A stretch of DNA of 64,000 nt. It comes from Candidatus Poseidoniaceae archaeon (GTDB lineage Archaea; Thermoplasmatota; Poseidoniia; Poseidoniales; Poseidoniaceae). The position numbers were made by a program, and so were the translations under genes. The stretch spans positions 68,967-132,966 of the forward strand of contig JASLKC010000026.1 in the NCBI GenBank assembly GCA_030747785.1, given 5' to 3'. Of this stretch, positions 37,399 through 48,031 are shown piece by piece. The notes beneath the pieces were generated by a model. That model did no database searches, was not told where the DNA came from, and saw nothing but the letters and a program-made list of their open reading frames with translations. Numbering within the stretch: the first letter of the stretch is position 1; each line of letters begins with the position of its first letter.

Positions 37399-40300
37399 TC
37401 AGAGGAAATCCGCTAAACTCAATTGTTTGGCTTTATCATTGTTGAACAGGCTTTCAACACTATTAGCAAGCCATTCGACATTCTGAGTAGTATATGCGTC
37501 AACACCGTATTTTGCCATTACGTGCTTGGTCACTTCGATGTATTTTTTCACTGCCCCTTGGGTAACAGTTAGTGCAAGGTTGCCATTGCAAAGCCCACCT
37601 TCGGATTTCTTAACCCCAAAGTTGGCCATTCCTCTCCCACTCGATTTTGGAATTTGAATACACTTGCCTGCTAAAGGCATCCTTCGATAGGAGTGTCCAC
37701 ATTTCAGACATCGTATCTTTTGCCTGGTAAAAGCAACGAGGTTCCCTCGTAAATCTGGAAGGAAATGCGACCTAACAACACTACTTGCAACAGTTCTAAC
37801 ATCTACGCCTCTAAGGCGGTGGCCAAGATCAAGTTGACCATTCATCTTGTCGATCATAGTCTCGAGCGTTTTGTATGCAGATAAGGCAGGACCTTCAGAC
37901 ATCGACTTGGTTGAATGGGTAAAACCCATACCTCTTACCGCAGCAACAGTACCGAGTCTCCTCTCGATGAAATCCATACGGTCACTCAACTCTTTCGGAT
38001 GAGGTTGATCGAGTGTTGCTTCGTAAAACCATCTTTCATAGAACCAAGCAGAATCTACATTGAGAGCCTCTTTGTCTACTTCTGTAGGGTTCAATCGAGT
38101 TGTAAGGACAAGTGGCGCATCCATTTGACCTCCTCTATTGGCAGGGAGAATCTCTCTGCTGAAATTTAGGAGACCATCCATCAAGAGCATTATCGCATCC
38201 TCATCACCATCACAATTACGCCTCTTTGCAGCGTGGAATAGTGGGTGCGCATATCCTCCAGAAGAATTTGACCAACCTATGATGCGACTTAGCACCCCTC
38301 CACTTGTATGTGGGGCAAGAGCACAAATCAGATGCCCAATTAGGTCATCTGGCTTTTCGATATGGTAAAATGGCTCGACGCCATAATAACGTACCAGAAG
38401 ATCATCGATGAATTGTGCCGCTCTGACAAAATAATCTGCTGCATTACGAGCTACGATGAAGTCTTGAGGAAAGAGTTCGAGTAATTGAGAATTAGAAGCC
38501 AACTCCTTTCCGTAACAATCGTGCGTATATCCTAATCGGCTAAGTGAACTCCATTCAACTCCGATTTCATCTGGAGTGAAATGAGTAACGGGTACGTCAC
38601 TCATGTCAAATCTAATGGTTCCATCTCTGAAAACTGGAAGGCCATGTCGTGCTCTAAGGATGCCCTTTTCGATAGGCTCAGGAGTTTGGTCCTTGCTCAT
38701 CAACTTCTTTGCACATTTCACCTGCTTTGGCAATCTGTCAATGCCAAGATGAATGCGTGCATCTTCAACTAATTCATCCAATTTTATCGTCTGTGGTTCA
38801 CCTCTACGGCGAGTCCTTTTCCGTTCAGAAGAAACTCTAGCCTCCGTTCTTCCGCCACAATTAGTCCCTGGCTGTGCATCTCCAAATTCATTGATTTCCC
38901 GATGATGACATCTTAGCATTGGCGATTTCCGTGAGCATTTTGTACAAAAACGAACACCGACTTGAACGCGCAACTCTTTCTTATCTATGGCATTTCCAAG
39001 CAGGCGCTGATTACCACCTGCTAGTTCGATTGGGAATAGTGCGTGCACGGTTGGTTTTTCTCTCGGCGCGGCCTTCTCAGGCCTACCCATCCTGCATCCG
39101 ATTCGAATTGGAGCACTATGTTCCCACCGAATTCTCGACAATTGGCGTACAGCCCACATTATTCCGTCAACAATGTGATCATCTTCTAGAATTTGACATC
39201 TGAGATGTGCATCTGGATTATCGGGCCCTGGGTCTGCGACTTTGCTAGCTGCTTCCTGCCCGATACGGTCGGTTTCCTTTATTCCAAGTCCGCGTTGACG
39301 GGCATCAGTTTCAGCGGCAATCCGAATGGTCGCCCGTTGCTTTTCTAGCAGTATCTTTCTTGATTTTTCATCGGATAATTGGCCCGCAGCAACACGAAGA
39401 GATGTAATTCTATTTTCAAATAATGTCATAGCATCTTCGATTTTTTTGGGTTTCGAACCATCGCTCGAGAAACCCAGACCGTCAAGCATTGCTTGCCAAC
39501 CTGATGTGAGAACCAAATCATCTCCTTCATGGTGGTGTGCGATTCCAAGCATCAAAGCACATGATTTCGCAAGTCCATGTATTCTGAGCACCCAGCTATG
39601 AGGAACTTGTGAGGGGAAAATTGGTTTTTGAATTTCAAAAGAAGGCCCGGGGACAGAATTCATGTCTAGAACCGCTTCTTCTTCTGGAAGAAGTTCATCC
39701 ATGGCATTAGCTTTCCAATTGGAAACCCCACCAGGAATTCTTAGAGTTCCTTTGTCGATTATTGATTTTTCAAGTAGGTTCAGCAATGATGGAACCCATT
39801 CAATCGGTAGGTCTAGCCACCATGGATTATGAGGCGGGGTAAGCGAAGTTGCAAATCGCAGGGCGACTTCCTTTGCCGCTTCCCAAGAAAGAGTCCTGCT
39901 AATCAAATCATTTCTCCAGTTTCTTCGAATGTTAAATCTTTCATCGAGGTCCATGTCAGGAGTAATCGGTCTTCCGGGGATGCCCTCCGGCAATGATTCA
40001 CGTGGGATTTTTGTAAGTCTACAAAATTCATCTAAGGCTTGTTCACTATCAATTGCATCAATCAGGTCTGCAGCCCACCAATCATGCGAATATGCCGAAG
40101 GAACGAGCTCCTTGTTATTCTCCATGAATTCACCGTATCCAAGGACGAGTTCTCCATTATCCCAAACTGATTTTATTTCAGGTTTGAGTTTTCTAAGTTC
40201 AGATTCTTCGTCAACCCTCAGGAATGAACCGTCAGACAAAATCACCCACGGCCCTTCTGCAATATCACAGGGCGTGATGGCACACGCCTTTCCGGGGCGT

Positions 40301-41442
40301 TCGATTTTCATTTGAGTGCCTACAGCGATGAAATCATCCATGGCGGCCATGGATGCTGCATTACATGATCCCGCCGCAAGGCCAGAAGGCCTAGCGCGCC
40401 CATATCGAAGGCGAAAACCACCTGCTGCAAGTGGGCCACCAAAAACAGGCCTTCCTGCAATAATATCTTTCATAAATTTGGAAATAGAATCAACTTGACG
40501 GCTTTTGAAGCCATTAGAATTTGCACTATCTTCCCCCTCATCGTTTTTGTTAGCGATTTTGGAGATGAAGTCCCAGCCAGGCACTTCCAAACGCTCAGTG
40601 TGTTTCCTGATCTTTGGTGCCTTCAAACACATGCCTTCTCCAATTACCAACAATACGCCACCGCGGATTCGCGTATCATCGATGTTTCGAACTCTACCAT
40701 AACCTGCACATTCGATATCTTCTGTTGACTCACCATTAATCATGATAGGACATGCTCGTACGATAGCTTCAATCTCTTCTGGAGGCGGTTTATATTGCAA
40801 GTTTCCACGATAGAGTCCAAACTCTTCCTTCACCCTTTCCACTTCATCATCGGTTGGTGAATAAGCGCCGACATTCAACTCTCTTCGGATCATGTCAGCA
40901 ATCAATACCGCTAGTGCTTGAGCGGTTCCACCAGCAGCACGAATTGGGCCGGCGAAGTGAACTGAAAGGAATTGTGACCCATCAACATTTGATAGCAATC
41001 GCACTTCACTGATTCCTTCTAAAGGCGCAACTAATACCGCTTCTGTTAGAATTGCAAGGCCTACTCGGAGCCCAACATCGATGCATTTCTGCAATTCAAA
41101 ATTCTTTTCTCGAAATCTCTTCGCAACGAGTTGAGCCATCTTTATCGAGGCTGTTTCACGATCGAATTGAGCCAAATGGTGACGAATATCCTCTGCGACT
41201 TCCTCGCCCTCAAGGTGGCGGATTAGGAGTTTCTCCGTTCTCCCTGCTAAATCCGATGCTCTTGGAATTTCAACACTATCAACATGGTCGAAGCCTAATT
41301 TCCGAACTTTTTCTGCAATTCGATACGCTTCATCAGTGCGAATATCTAACAATTCGTGATAAGCATCCATCTCCCTTTGAAGTCGTTCGAGATCCAGCCC
41401 GATGAGGGGGTCGTGGACATCCCGTATAGCCTCAGCAGACAT
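37399..41442 (-). CDS. polC: DNA polymerase II (PolD) large/catalytic subunit DP2
   Basis: 1347 aa. It has Cys4 zinc modules (CTKCSRK...CHH; CLKCGH...C...C) and the overall DP2 pattern, including the C-terminal LSLADFL-type tail. Confidence 0.9.
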   Translation of the reverse strand: MSAEAIRDVHDPLIGLDLERLQREMDAYHELLDIRTDEAYRIAEKVRKLGFDHVDSVEIPRASDLAGRTEKLLIRHLEGEEVAEDIRHHLAQFDRETASIKMAQLVAKRFREKNFELQKCIDVGLRVGLAILTEAVLVAPLEGISEVRLLSNVDGSQFLSVHFAGPIRAAGGTAQALAVLIADMIRRELNVGAYSPTDDEVERVKEEFGLYRGNLQYKPPPEEIEAIVRACPIMINGESTEDIECAGYGRVRNIDDTRIRGGVLLVIGEGMCLKAPKIRKHTERLEVPGWDFISKIANKNDEGEDSANSNGFKSRQVDSISKFMKDIIAGRPVFGGPLAAGGFRLRYGRARPSGLAAGSCNAASMAAMDDFIAVGTQMKIERPGKACAITPCDIAEGPWVILSDGSFLRVDEESELRKLKPEIKSVWDNGELVLGYGEFMENNKELVPSAYSHDWWAADLIDAIDSEQALDEFCRLTKIPRESLPEGIPGRPITPDMDLDERFNIRRNWRNDLISRTLSWEAAKEVALRFATSLTPPHNPWWLDLPIEWVPSLLNLLEKSIIDKGTLRIPGGVSNWKANAMDELLPEEEAVLDMNSVPGPSFEIQKPIFPSQVPHSWVLRIHGLAKSCALMLGIAHHHEGDDLVLTSGWQAMLDGLGFSSDGSKPKKIEDAMTLFENRITSLRVAAGQLSDEKSRKILLEKQRATIRIAAETDARQRGLGIKETDRIGQEAASKVADPGPDNPDAHLRCQILEDDHIVDGIMWAVRQLSRIRWEHSAPIRIGCRMGRPEKAAPREKPTVHALFPIELAGGNQRLLGNAIDKKELRVQVGVRFCTKCSRKSPMLRCHHREINEFGDAQPGTNCGGRTEARVSSERKRTRRRGEPQTIKLDELVEDARIHLGIDRLPKQVKCAKKLMSKDQTPEPIEKGILRARHGLPVFRDGTIRFDMSDVPVTHFTPDEIGVEWSSLSRLGYTHDCYGKELASNSQLLELFPQDFIVARNAADYFVRAAQFIDDLLVRYYGVEPFYHIEKPDDLIGHLICALAPHTSGGVLSRIIGWSNSSGGYAHPLFHAAKRRNCDGDEDAIMLLMDGLLNFSREILPANRGGQMDAPLVLTTRLNPTEVDKEALNVDSAWFYERWFYEATLDQPHPKELSDRMDFIERRLGTVAAVRGMGFTHSTKSMSEGPALSAYKTLETMIDKMNGQLDLGHRLRGVDVRTVASSVVRSHFLPDLRGNLVAFTRQKIRCLKCGHSYRRMPLAGKCIQIPKSSGRGMANFGVKKSEGGLCNGNLALTVTQGAVKKYIEVTKHVMAKYGVDAYTTQNVEWLANSVESLFNNDKAKQLSLADFL

Positions 41443-41545
41443 GGCAATCCCCTCACGCTTTATGGCGACCGCTCATAAGTACTCTCACGCCTTATCCTGA
41501 GATGATTGTGGGAAGGTTCATCGGTAAGGCGTCAAACCCCCCACC

Positions 41546-42139
41546 ATGTCAGTAGCACCCGCACTGCGCGCGGACCCCCGCTGGCCTGGCCTTGTAGAGG
41601 CGGTAAAGGACCTCGCATTTCTCGATGGAGGAAGCGATGATGCCTTCACATTAGCAAGCGGAAGAAGTAGCCGTTGGTTCTTCGATATGAAACCGGTAAT
41701 GATGCATCCCGATGCAGGCCGTTTGGTTGGTGAATTGATGAATTCTCGAATCGATGAAATCGGTTGTGATTTCGTTGGTGGCCTTGAACTGGGGGCTGTC
41801 CCGCTTACCGCATTGGTAGTTGCTTGTGATCACGACTCCAAACGCAGAGGATTCATGGTTCGTAAATCAGACAAAGGAAGGGGTGGACGAAAGACCAACA
41901 ATCCACCCGGAGTCGAGGGGACCTCTATTGCCGGAGGAGGTTCGGTTGTAATCCTAGAGGATGTTACAACAACCGGTGGTTCTGCAATTCAAGCAGTGCG
42001 CCGAATAGAAGATGAAACCCCGTGCAAAGTAGTAGCAGTAATCAGTATTCTCGACCGCCAAGAAGGTGGACGTGAAGCATTTGCTGAAGCAGGCATACCC
42101 TTCGAGAGTTTGTTAGTTCGTTCAGATATTTCCGGGTGA
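41546..42139 (+). CDS. pyrE: Orotate phosphoribosyltransferase
   Basis: PRPP-binding motif VVILEDVTTTGGS. Size is about 195 aa. Confidence 0.85.
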   Translation: MSVAPALRADPRWPGLVEAVKDLAFLDGGSDDAFTLASGRSSRWFFDMKPVMMHPDAGRLVGELMNSRIDEIGCDFVGGLELGAVPLTALVVACDHDSKRRGFMVRKSDKGRGGRKTNNPPGVEGTSIAGGGSVVILEDVTTTGGSAIQAVRRIEDETPCKVVAVISILDRQEGGREAFAEAGIPFESLLVRSDISG

Positions 42140-42143
42140 TTTA

Positions 42144-43367
42144 ATGGATCTCAATCCAAGCGATGCCGACCTTTCAGGCCCGACTGTAAAGGACGCGACC
42201 GCTCCTGAAGGATTGCTTTTTCAATACGCTGAAAATGCAAAACCTCTCGCAACTCCATGGCAAGTAGCAGTAGAACGCGCTCGCATGATACGACAATGTC
42301 CACTTGAGCATGGAGTAATTCTAGATCCTGCTTGCGGCAGTGGTATCCAACTCGCTGCATATTGCGCAATCCTTGGACGTAGAGGTTTTGGAATCGAACT
42401 CGACGAATCAACTGCTCATGCAGCAGTAGCAAATATGCGTAGAGTGGCAGATCAAGGCTTTGATTCCACAATACTAGAATCGAAAATCCGGGTTGGAGAT
42501 GGGACAATTGGAGACGCTTCACTCTCGGTAGCAATGTTGCACATCGACCCAGCAAGACCACGTAATTCACGCACGCATGGTCTTGAAGAAATGACCCCAC
42601 AATTACCAGATATTTTCTCTGCCTGGAAAGATAAACTCGCCCAAGGCGAGAGAGGCCCCGCTATTTTACTCGACCTTTCTCCACGAATAGATGAAAATCA
42701 AAGGGCAGAGGTTGAATCAATGGTTGATGAATACTGGCCAGACATCGAAAAAACATGGGTTTGGACTAGCCGTGGCAGGGGGAGAGTTGACCGCCTCTCG
42801 CTGTGGGCTGGGGCGTTATCAAAGCCGGGGATTACTCGGAGATTCGTACGTATCTCACCCGACATCAAAGACCGCGCTCTTGTGATAGAAGGCAATCCTG
42901 CGGAAGAGCCAATGGCGATACGTCGCCCACCTCGTAAAGGTGAATCAGTGACAATTCTCGACTCCGCTTTAGTAGAATCAGGATTAACCCAATCGTGGTT
43001 TGAACGCGTTTTACCGGGCCAAGAGATTACTTGGGGCGTTGTCGAGGGGCGCCGTCCTCAAATCCACCACGATTCACCTCTCGACCTTTCAGGCAAAGGA
43101 GACCGTTTGTTGGTTCAAGCCACCGGCCGAATCGTCAAGTTAGTTCATTGTGATTTGGAGGAGGCTACAATTCCACTACTCGCAGAGGCTGCTAGAGAGT
43201 ATGGATTTGGCAAGCTAACTTTGCGAATACCCCTGTCTCCAGAGGCCCAACCCATCCTCCAAGGTGGCATCGACCGAATGCTCTCGGCGAGAGGGGGGCC
43301 CCGTAGGGGCTTTGTAGCACGTAAGCCGGGGGATTCGATGCTTTTGTTGTGTGTTATCGATGCATGA
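42144..43367 (+). CDS. Class I SAM-dependent methyltransferase with C-terminal extension
   Basis: Motif I VILDPACGSGIQLA, followed by GIELDE. Confidence 0.55.
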   Translation: MDLNPSDADLSGPTVKDATAPEGLLFQYAENAKPLATPWQVAVERARMIRQCPLEHGVILDPACGSGIQLAAYCAILGRRGFGIELDESTAHAAVANMRRVADQGFDSTILESKIRVGDGTIGDASLSVAMLHIDPARPRNSRTHGLEEMTPQLPDIFSAWKDKLAQGERGPAILLDLSPRIDENQRAEVESMVDEYWPDIEKTWVWTSRGRGRVDRLSLWAGALSKPGITRRFVRISPDIKDRALVIEGNPAEEPMAIRRPPRKGESVTILDSALVESGLTQSWFERVLPGQEITWGVVEGRRPQIHHDSPLDLSGKGDRLLVQATGRIVKLVHCDLEEATIPLLAEAAREYGFGKLTLRIPLSPEAQPILQGGIDRMLSARGGPRRGFVARKPGDSMLLLCVIDA

Positions 43368-43513
43368 AGCCGCCGTGAGACGGCATTCCTACCCCATTGA
43401 CTACCCAGTTCTGAGGCGCAGTCTCGCGAATGTGTTATCGCGGTCTTGATATAGGGGAGGTCAGTCGGCCGAATGCTCGACATCATGTCGTCCGCGTCAC
43501 AAGGTGAAACACC

Positions 43514-43975
43514 ATGGCAAATGATCAGGATCTCGGAGACGACTTCTCATACATGCTACGCATGGCCGATACAGACATCGACGGTCTCAAACCACTATCG
43601 ACTGCATTGACCTCAGTACGTGGAGTTGGAGACCGTACTGCAGCACAGATTTGCAGGATAACCGGATTCGATCCAATCAGGAAAGCAGGCCATCTCGATG
43701 TTGACCAGCAAGAGGTACTCCGCCTTGCAATCGAAGAATATGCACAAAATGTTCCTCTCTGGATGCTAAACCGTCAGCGTGACATTGAGACTGGTGACGA
43801 GTTGCACCTTTCGGGGCAAGATCTCAAACTCACACACGCAGACGATATTACTCGCCTTCGTGGTATCAAGTGCTACCGTGGTATCCGCCACGCAGGCGGC
43901 CACAAGGTTCGTGGACAGCGCGGTCGCTCAAATGGAAGATTCGGACTTACTCTTGGAGTACAGCGCAAGAAGTGA
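43514..43975 (+). CDS. rps13: 30S ribosomal protein S13 (uS13)
   Basis: LTSVRGVGDRTA..., and YRGIRHAGGHKVRGQRGRSNGR. An SD-like AGGTGA lies at 43502-43507. Confidence 0.9.
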   Translation: MANDQDLGDDFSYMLRMADTDIDGLKPLSTALTSVRGVGDRTAAQICRITGFDPIRKAGHLDVDQQEVLRLAIEEYAQNVPLWMLNRQRDIETGDELHLSGQDLKLTHADDITRLRGIKCYRGIRHAGGHKVRGQRGRSNGRFGLTLGVQRKK

Positions 43976-43990
43976 TTGGAGGAATGAAAT

Positions 43991-44653
43991 ATGGGACATC
44001 CAAAATTTGCTCGACCAAAGTACGACACCCCTCCTCATCCATGGAAGGCTGACCGTATCGAAGAAGAGCATGCAATCAGCAATAACCACGGTCTCAAGAA
44101 TATGACTGAGATTTGGAAAGCAAAGTCTCAGTTACGCCGTCACCGACGCCAAGCGATGAAATTGATTGGTCGTGTTGACACATCCGAGGGCCACTTTGCC
44201 CGAGAGAAGGATGCAATGCTCCGCTCCCTTCACAATAAGGGACTAATCACATCAGATGCTATTCTCGACGATATCCTAGCATTATCTGCCGAGGATATCC
44301 TCAACCGCCGTCTTCAAGCCCAGGTCTACTACAAGGGATTGGCTTCCTCGATGAAGGAAGCACGCCAACTGGTAGTTCACGGCCATATTTGCCTAGGTAA
44401 GCAGAAGGTCACCATCCCTTCATACCAAGTTACTCGAGAGGATGAAGAACTCATTTGCTACCACCCTCGCTCTCCTCTTAATAATGAAAACCACACCATT
44501 CGACAGAACATCCTAGGTCTTCGTGAGTCTGCAGAATACGCAGAGGATGAAGTAGACCCAGAGTTCACTCAGGAAGAAGCTACTAAAGTTAACGAGGCAG
44601 CAGCAGATGCTCCTAAGGCGGAAGACTCAGTTCCAAAAGGAGGTGACGAGTGA
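43991..44653 (+). CDS. rps4: 30S ribosomal protein S4 (uS4) with acidic C-terminal extension
   Basis: [18 protein letters not shown] plus an S4 RNA-binding domain ([18 protein letters not shown]). Confidence 0.9.
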   Translation: MGHPKFARPKYDTPPHPWKADRIEEEHAISNNHGLKNMTEIWKAKSQLRRHRRQAMKLIGRVDTSEGHFAREKDAMLRSLHNKGLITSDAILDDILALSAEDILNRRLQAQVYYKGLASSMKEARQLVVHGHICLGKQKVTIPSYQVTREDEELICYHPRSPLNNENHTIRQNILGLRESAEYAEDEVDPEFTQEEATKVNEAAADAPKAEDSVPKGGDE

Positions 44654-45033
44654 TGCGTAAGGCAATCATCAACATTTTCTCGAGTTACAATAACGTACTC
44701 ATGACAGCAACCGATCTAACCGGTGCTGAAACAATTGCCACCTGCTCCGGTGGCCAAGTCGTCAAGTCTTCCAAAGACTCTGGCGGGCAGTTCGCTGCTA
44801 CTCGTGCTGCAGAGCGCATGGCAGACCAACTAAAAGAGAAGGAATTCACTCAGGTCATCGTAAAGTACCGTGCACCCGGCGGCAACAAGTCCAACAATAC
44901 TGGACCTGGAGCTCAAGCAGCTATCCGTGCATTAACTCGTGCTGGCGTAACAGTTACTCGAATTGAAGATGTAACTCCTATTGCACACGATGGTACCAAG
45001 TCAAAAGGTGGCCGACGTGGTCGCCGAGTCTGA
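44650..45033 (+). CDS. rps11: 30S ribosomal protein S11 (uS11)
   Basis: [21 protein letters not shown]...AIRALTRAG. It overlaps S4 by 4 nt. Confidence 0.9.
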   Translation: MMRKAIINIFSSYNNVLMTATDLTGAETIATCSGGQVVKSSKDSGGQFAATRAAERMADQLKEKEFTQVIVKYRAPGGNKSNNTGPGAQAAIRALTRAGVTVTRIEDVTPIAHDGTKSKGGRRGRRV

Positions 45034-45051
45034 TTCCCAGAGGTGTTGAAA

Positions 45052-45978
45052 ATGAAGGCACAAATTATCGAAGGCTGGCCAAAGGATAACAGTATCAGAA
45101 TTTTACTTACCGAAACTAATGCTGCATCAGCAAACAGTCTTCGTCGAGCAATTCTTGCAGATGTCCCAAAGATGGCGATTACCAAGGTTCGTTTCGAGCA
45201 GGGTATTAGCCAAGACAACAAAGGAGAGATATTTGAATCGGTCAATGCACTTCCTGACGAAGTTATTGCGCATCGCCTCGCAATGGTCCCAGTTCCTACT
45301 TTCCTCGATGAGTTCGTGTTCCCAGAAGACGATCCAAACAACGAGAACTTACCTGAGGACCAGTGGGGAAGTCCCCTTTCTCAGATTATCTACCATCTTT
45401 CGGCTCGTGGCCCAGCTAGCGATGATGAAGAGGATTTCAAAACCGTTTATGCCGGAGACCTCAATGTCCTTGGTGAGACAAAATTACAGATTTCAGAAGA
45501 GCACGCTCGAATCCCAATTACCATTTTGGCAAGAGGGCATTTCCTTGAATTGTATGCATATGCAACACTAGGACGTGGACGTGAGCACGCTAAGTGGTGC
45601 CCTGCAGCAGCAGTGACCTTCCAACCAAGGATGAAAGCCATCCTCGCAAAACCACAGAAGGCAAAGGTGCTATTTGACCTAAATCTTACCAGCCATTCCG
45701 GCCGTGTAATAGATTCCAAACTTTTCACTAAGAAAGAATGCACTGATGTAGACGCTATCCTCGATTTAGAGCGGGCAATGCACCAGGTTGGACACGGAAC
45801 AGGTCGTGAAGACGCATTTGCTGAAGCAATCGTTTTCGAGGAAATGCCAGGAGAATTCGTATTCTCCTTCGATTCCGACGGTTCTTTCTCTCCAGAGGCA
45901 ATCTTCAACAAAGCATGCAAGGAATTAGTAGACCGCTTTGACAAGATCGCTACAGACCTTGACAGAGTACTCGCTTGA
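45052..45978 (+). CDS. rpoD: DNA-directed RNA polymerase subunit D (Rpo3)
   Basis: ANSLRRAILADVP motif and position after S13-S4-S11. ATG 45052 is preceded by AGGTG at 45041-45045. Confidence 0.85.
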   Translation: MKAQIIEGWPKDNSIRILLTETNAASANSLRRAILADVPKMAITKVRFEQGISQDNKGEIFESVNALPDEVIAHRLAMVPVPTFLDEFVFPEDDPNNENLPEDQWGSPLSQIIYHLSARGPASDDEEDFKTVYAGDLNVLGETKLQISEEHARIPITILARGHFLELYAYATLGRGREHAKWCPAAAVTFQPRMKAILAKPQKAKVLFDLNLTSHSGRVIDSKLFTKKECTDVDAILDLERAMHQVGHGTGREDAFAEAIVFEEMPGEFVFSFDSDGSFSPEAIFNKACKELVDRFDKIATDLDRVLA

Positions 45979-46038
45979 TGTTCTTTGAGCATTTGCTTGG
46001 CGAAGCCTGATGTGACTCTTCGTCACCCACATAGATTG

Positions 46039-46959
46039 ATGAGTGAGGTGACCGTTCATGTTGGGGGCCATGTGACCCTACTATTTTCGGTACACTCAGA
46101 AGCGTTATTGGCTCGAAACCAAGGCTCAAGAGGTGCAGGTCTTTGTCTGGAAGATGGAGTAAGTGCGACAGTAAAGGAAATTCCCGGAGAATCCGATAGA
46201 ATAACCGTCACTTCGATGAATGGCACACCACTAGCAAATGGTAAGTCATATTATTCCGATTTACTGAAAGCATTTCGTGAAGTATTTGGAATAAATGCTG
46301 CAGTGGACCTTGAAGTAGATCTCGAATTACCCGTTTCGCAAGGGTTTGGAATGTCTGCCGCCGGATTAATGGCTGCAAGTTTTGCATTAGGAGAATTATT
46401 TGATGCTGGCGACGAGGGGCAATTAGCACGCTTAGCTCATCGATTGGAACGCACTCATTCTAGGGGGCTGGGCGATGTACTGGGGATTTGGGCTGGAGGA
46501 GTAGAACTCCGAATCAAACCCGGAACACCTCCTTCTCCAGGCAAAGTATTGGGCTTTGAAGCAAATGTACCTGTATTATTGGTCTGGAATTCAGATGGAG
46601 GCAAACACACTGCAGGATATATCGATAATCCAGTTTGGCAAGCATCAATTACTCGAGCTGGAGATTCCGCCGTCAATCGCTTGATGCAAATTCCATGGGA
46701 CACTGGTGCTTGGCCACATCTTCTTAATGAGGCGGATAATTTTGCTGATAATTCTGGATTACGTGGAGAGATAGAACGTAGTGCCTTATTGGATGTAGTG
46801 AATGCACATACTACCTCAGATGTTAGTGCGCACCTTTGCATGCTAGGAACTTCAGCAATTGTAGTTCCAAGAGAATTATCGAAACCAGTAGATTTGACGG
46901 AATTAGCTGATGTTCTGAGGGAAAAAGGCCTCGGAACACGCCTTACTTGGATCCATTAA
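46039..46959 (+). CDS. GHMP-family kinase (possibly archaeal pantoate kinase)
   Basis: GHMP motif LPVSQGFGMSAAGLMAASFAL. Size is about 300 aa. The specific substrate is an inference. Confidence 0.5.
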   Translation: MSEVTVHVGGHVTLLFSVHSEALLARNQGSRGAGLCLEDGVSATVKEIPGESDRITVTSMNGTPLANGKSYYSDLLKAFREVFGINAAVDLEVDLELPVSQGFGMSAAGLMAASFALGELFDAGDEGQLARLAHRLERTHSRGLGDVLGIWAGGVELRIKPGTPPSPGKVLGFEANVPVLLVWNSDGGKHTAGYIDNPVWQASITRAGDSAVNRLMQIPWDTGAWPHLLNEADNFADNSGLRGEIERSALLDVVNAHTTSDVSAHLCMLGTSAIVVPRELSKPVDLTELADVLREKGLGTRLTWIH

Positions 46960-48025
46960 TTTTCCCAAGTGGAGTCAAATCCAATGGACCACAATCCAAT
47001 AGAACGGTACCTGGGATATGGATATTTGAACAGAAGCCATGCCTGAAAACCAAGGCGCCTTGGCCCCATGAATCCACATATCGTGTAGATTGCTTAGTGA
47101 TTTTTTTGCGCTGGAAATCCACATCAGCTCCATAGAAATGTTTTGCATCAATCCAAGAGACAGGCTCCCCATTAATTTCTACATGATCTAAGAAGAGCAA
47201 ATCAGGAGTATTGATTGGCCTTCCATGTTCAGCAGTTTGTTCTTTGACCATTTCTGGTTGACGTCGAAGGCGAACCCCTTGTTCTTCAAACCAGTCAGCA
47301 AGAATTTCTTCAAAAATATCAGCTCGCTCATGCGTTTCTGACTGGTCAACATTACTGACGCGGTCAGCAGCTTCGGCCTTTTCAAACTCCTCTCGCTCCC
47401 TTTGCTTAAATTTTGAAGGGCTTCGTAATGTTTCCTTTATTCGTGCTTTTGACCAGCCCATTTCCTTCAGAACAACACGAAAAACATTCATTGGAGGGAA
47501 ATCGAAACGAATAGAGAGGTCGACGATTCCAACTCCTTCACGGTACAGTCTGACTAATTGCTTTCCACGTGATTGAAGTCTACCATGAGTGTAAACAGTC
47601 TTTTGTTGTAATAAAGCACTGCGTAATGAAAGCGCTTGGTCCAAAGTCATCTCTAGTTCATCGACCATCTGGCCAATTTCTCCAACTCTCTTGTCAGTTA
47701 ACCATCCAAATTCCCCTTTTCTGACGACCTTTGCTGCAAGAAGTGATTCTGTTTTCAAATCAACAGGATTATTTTCCCAGACGAATGAAAAGTGCCGTGG
47801 CTCTTCGATTTCTTTAGGTATTGCAATTGGCCTAGGCTTGATTTCAAATCTATTTTGACATGCTTGACGCGCTTGCTTGTCTGATTCTGAATGTCTTTCA
47901 ACAAGTGTTGCCTTAGGGGCTCCACCATGTCGGCGGGACTTGCCTTTACCCCCTTTGCGGTGGCGGTTATTGCGGCGCCTATCCTCCGACATAGCGGCTC
48001 CTTTATCCACCGGCTCCATGAACAC
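46943..48025 (-). CDS. Basic N-terminus plus C-terminal PD-(D/E)xK nuclease-like domain of the TPD-motif type
   Basis: ...ADIFEEILADWFEEQG...NTPDLLFLDHVEINGEPVSWIDAKHFYG gives E...PD...(D)xK spacing. The N-terminus RRRNNRHRKGGKGKSRRHGG is highly basic. Confidence 0.45.
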   Translation of the reverse strand: MFMEPVDKGAAMSEDRRRNNRHRKGGKGKSRRHGGAPKATLVERHSESDKQARQACQNRFEIKPRPIAIPKEIEEPRHFSFVWENNPVDLKTESLLAAKVVRKGEFGWLTDKRVGEIGQMVDELEMTLDQALSLRSALLQQKTVYTHGRLQSRGKQLVRLYREGVGIVDLSIRFDFPPMNVFRVVLKEMGWSKARIKETLRSPSKFKQREREEFEKAEAADRVSNVDQSETHERADIFEEILADWFEEQGVRLRRQPEMVKEQTAEHGRPINTPDLLFLDHVEINGEPVSWIDAKHFYGADVDFQRKKITKQSTRYVDSWGQGALVFRHGFCSNIHIPGTVLLDCGPLDLTPLGKINGSK

Positions 48026-48031
48026 ACCGGG

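Noticed and set aside
37399-41442. Possible intein in the long (1347 aa) PolD large subunit
   Set aside because: Reading the protein, I see no insertion bounded by Cys/Ser ... His-Asn plus Cys/Ser/Thr and no homing-endonuclease-like block. The extra length appears distributed. This is not supported without an alignment.
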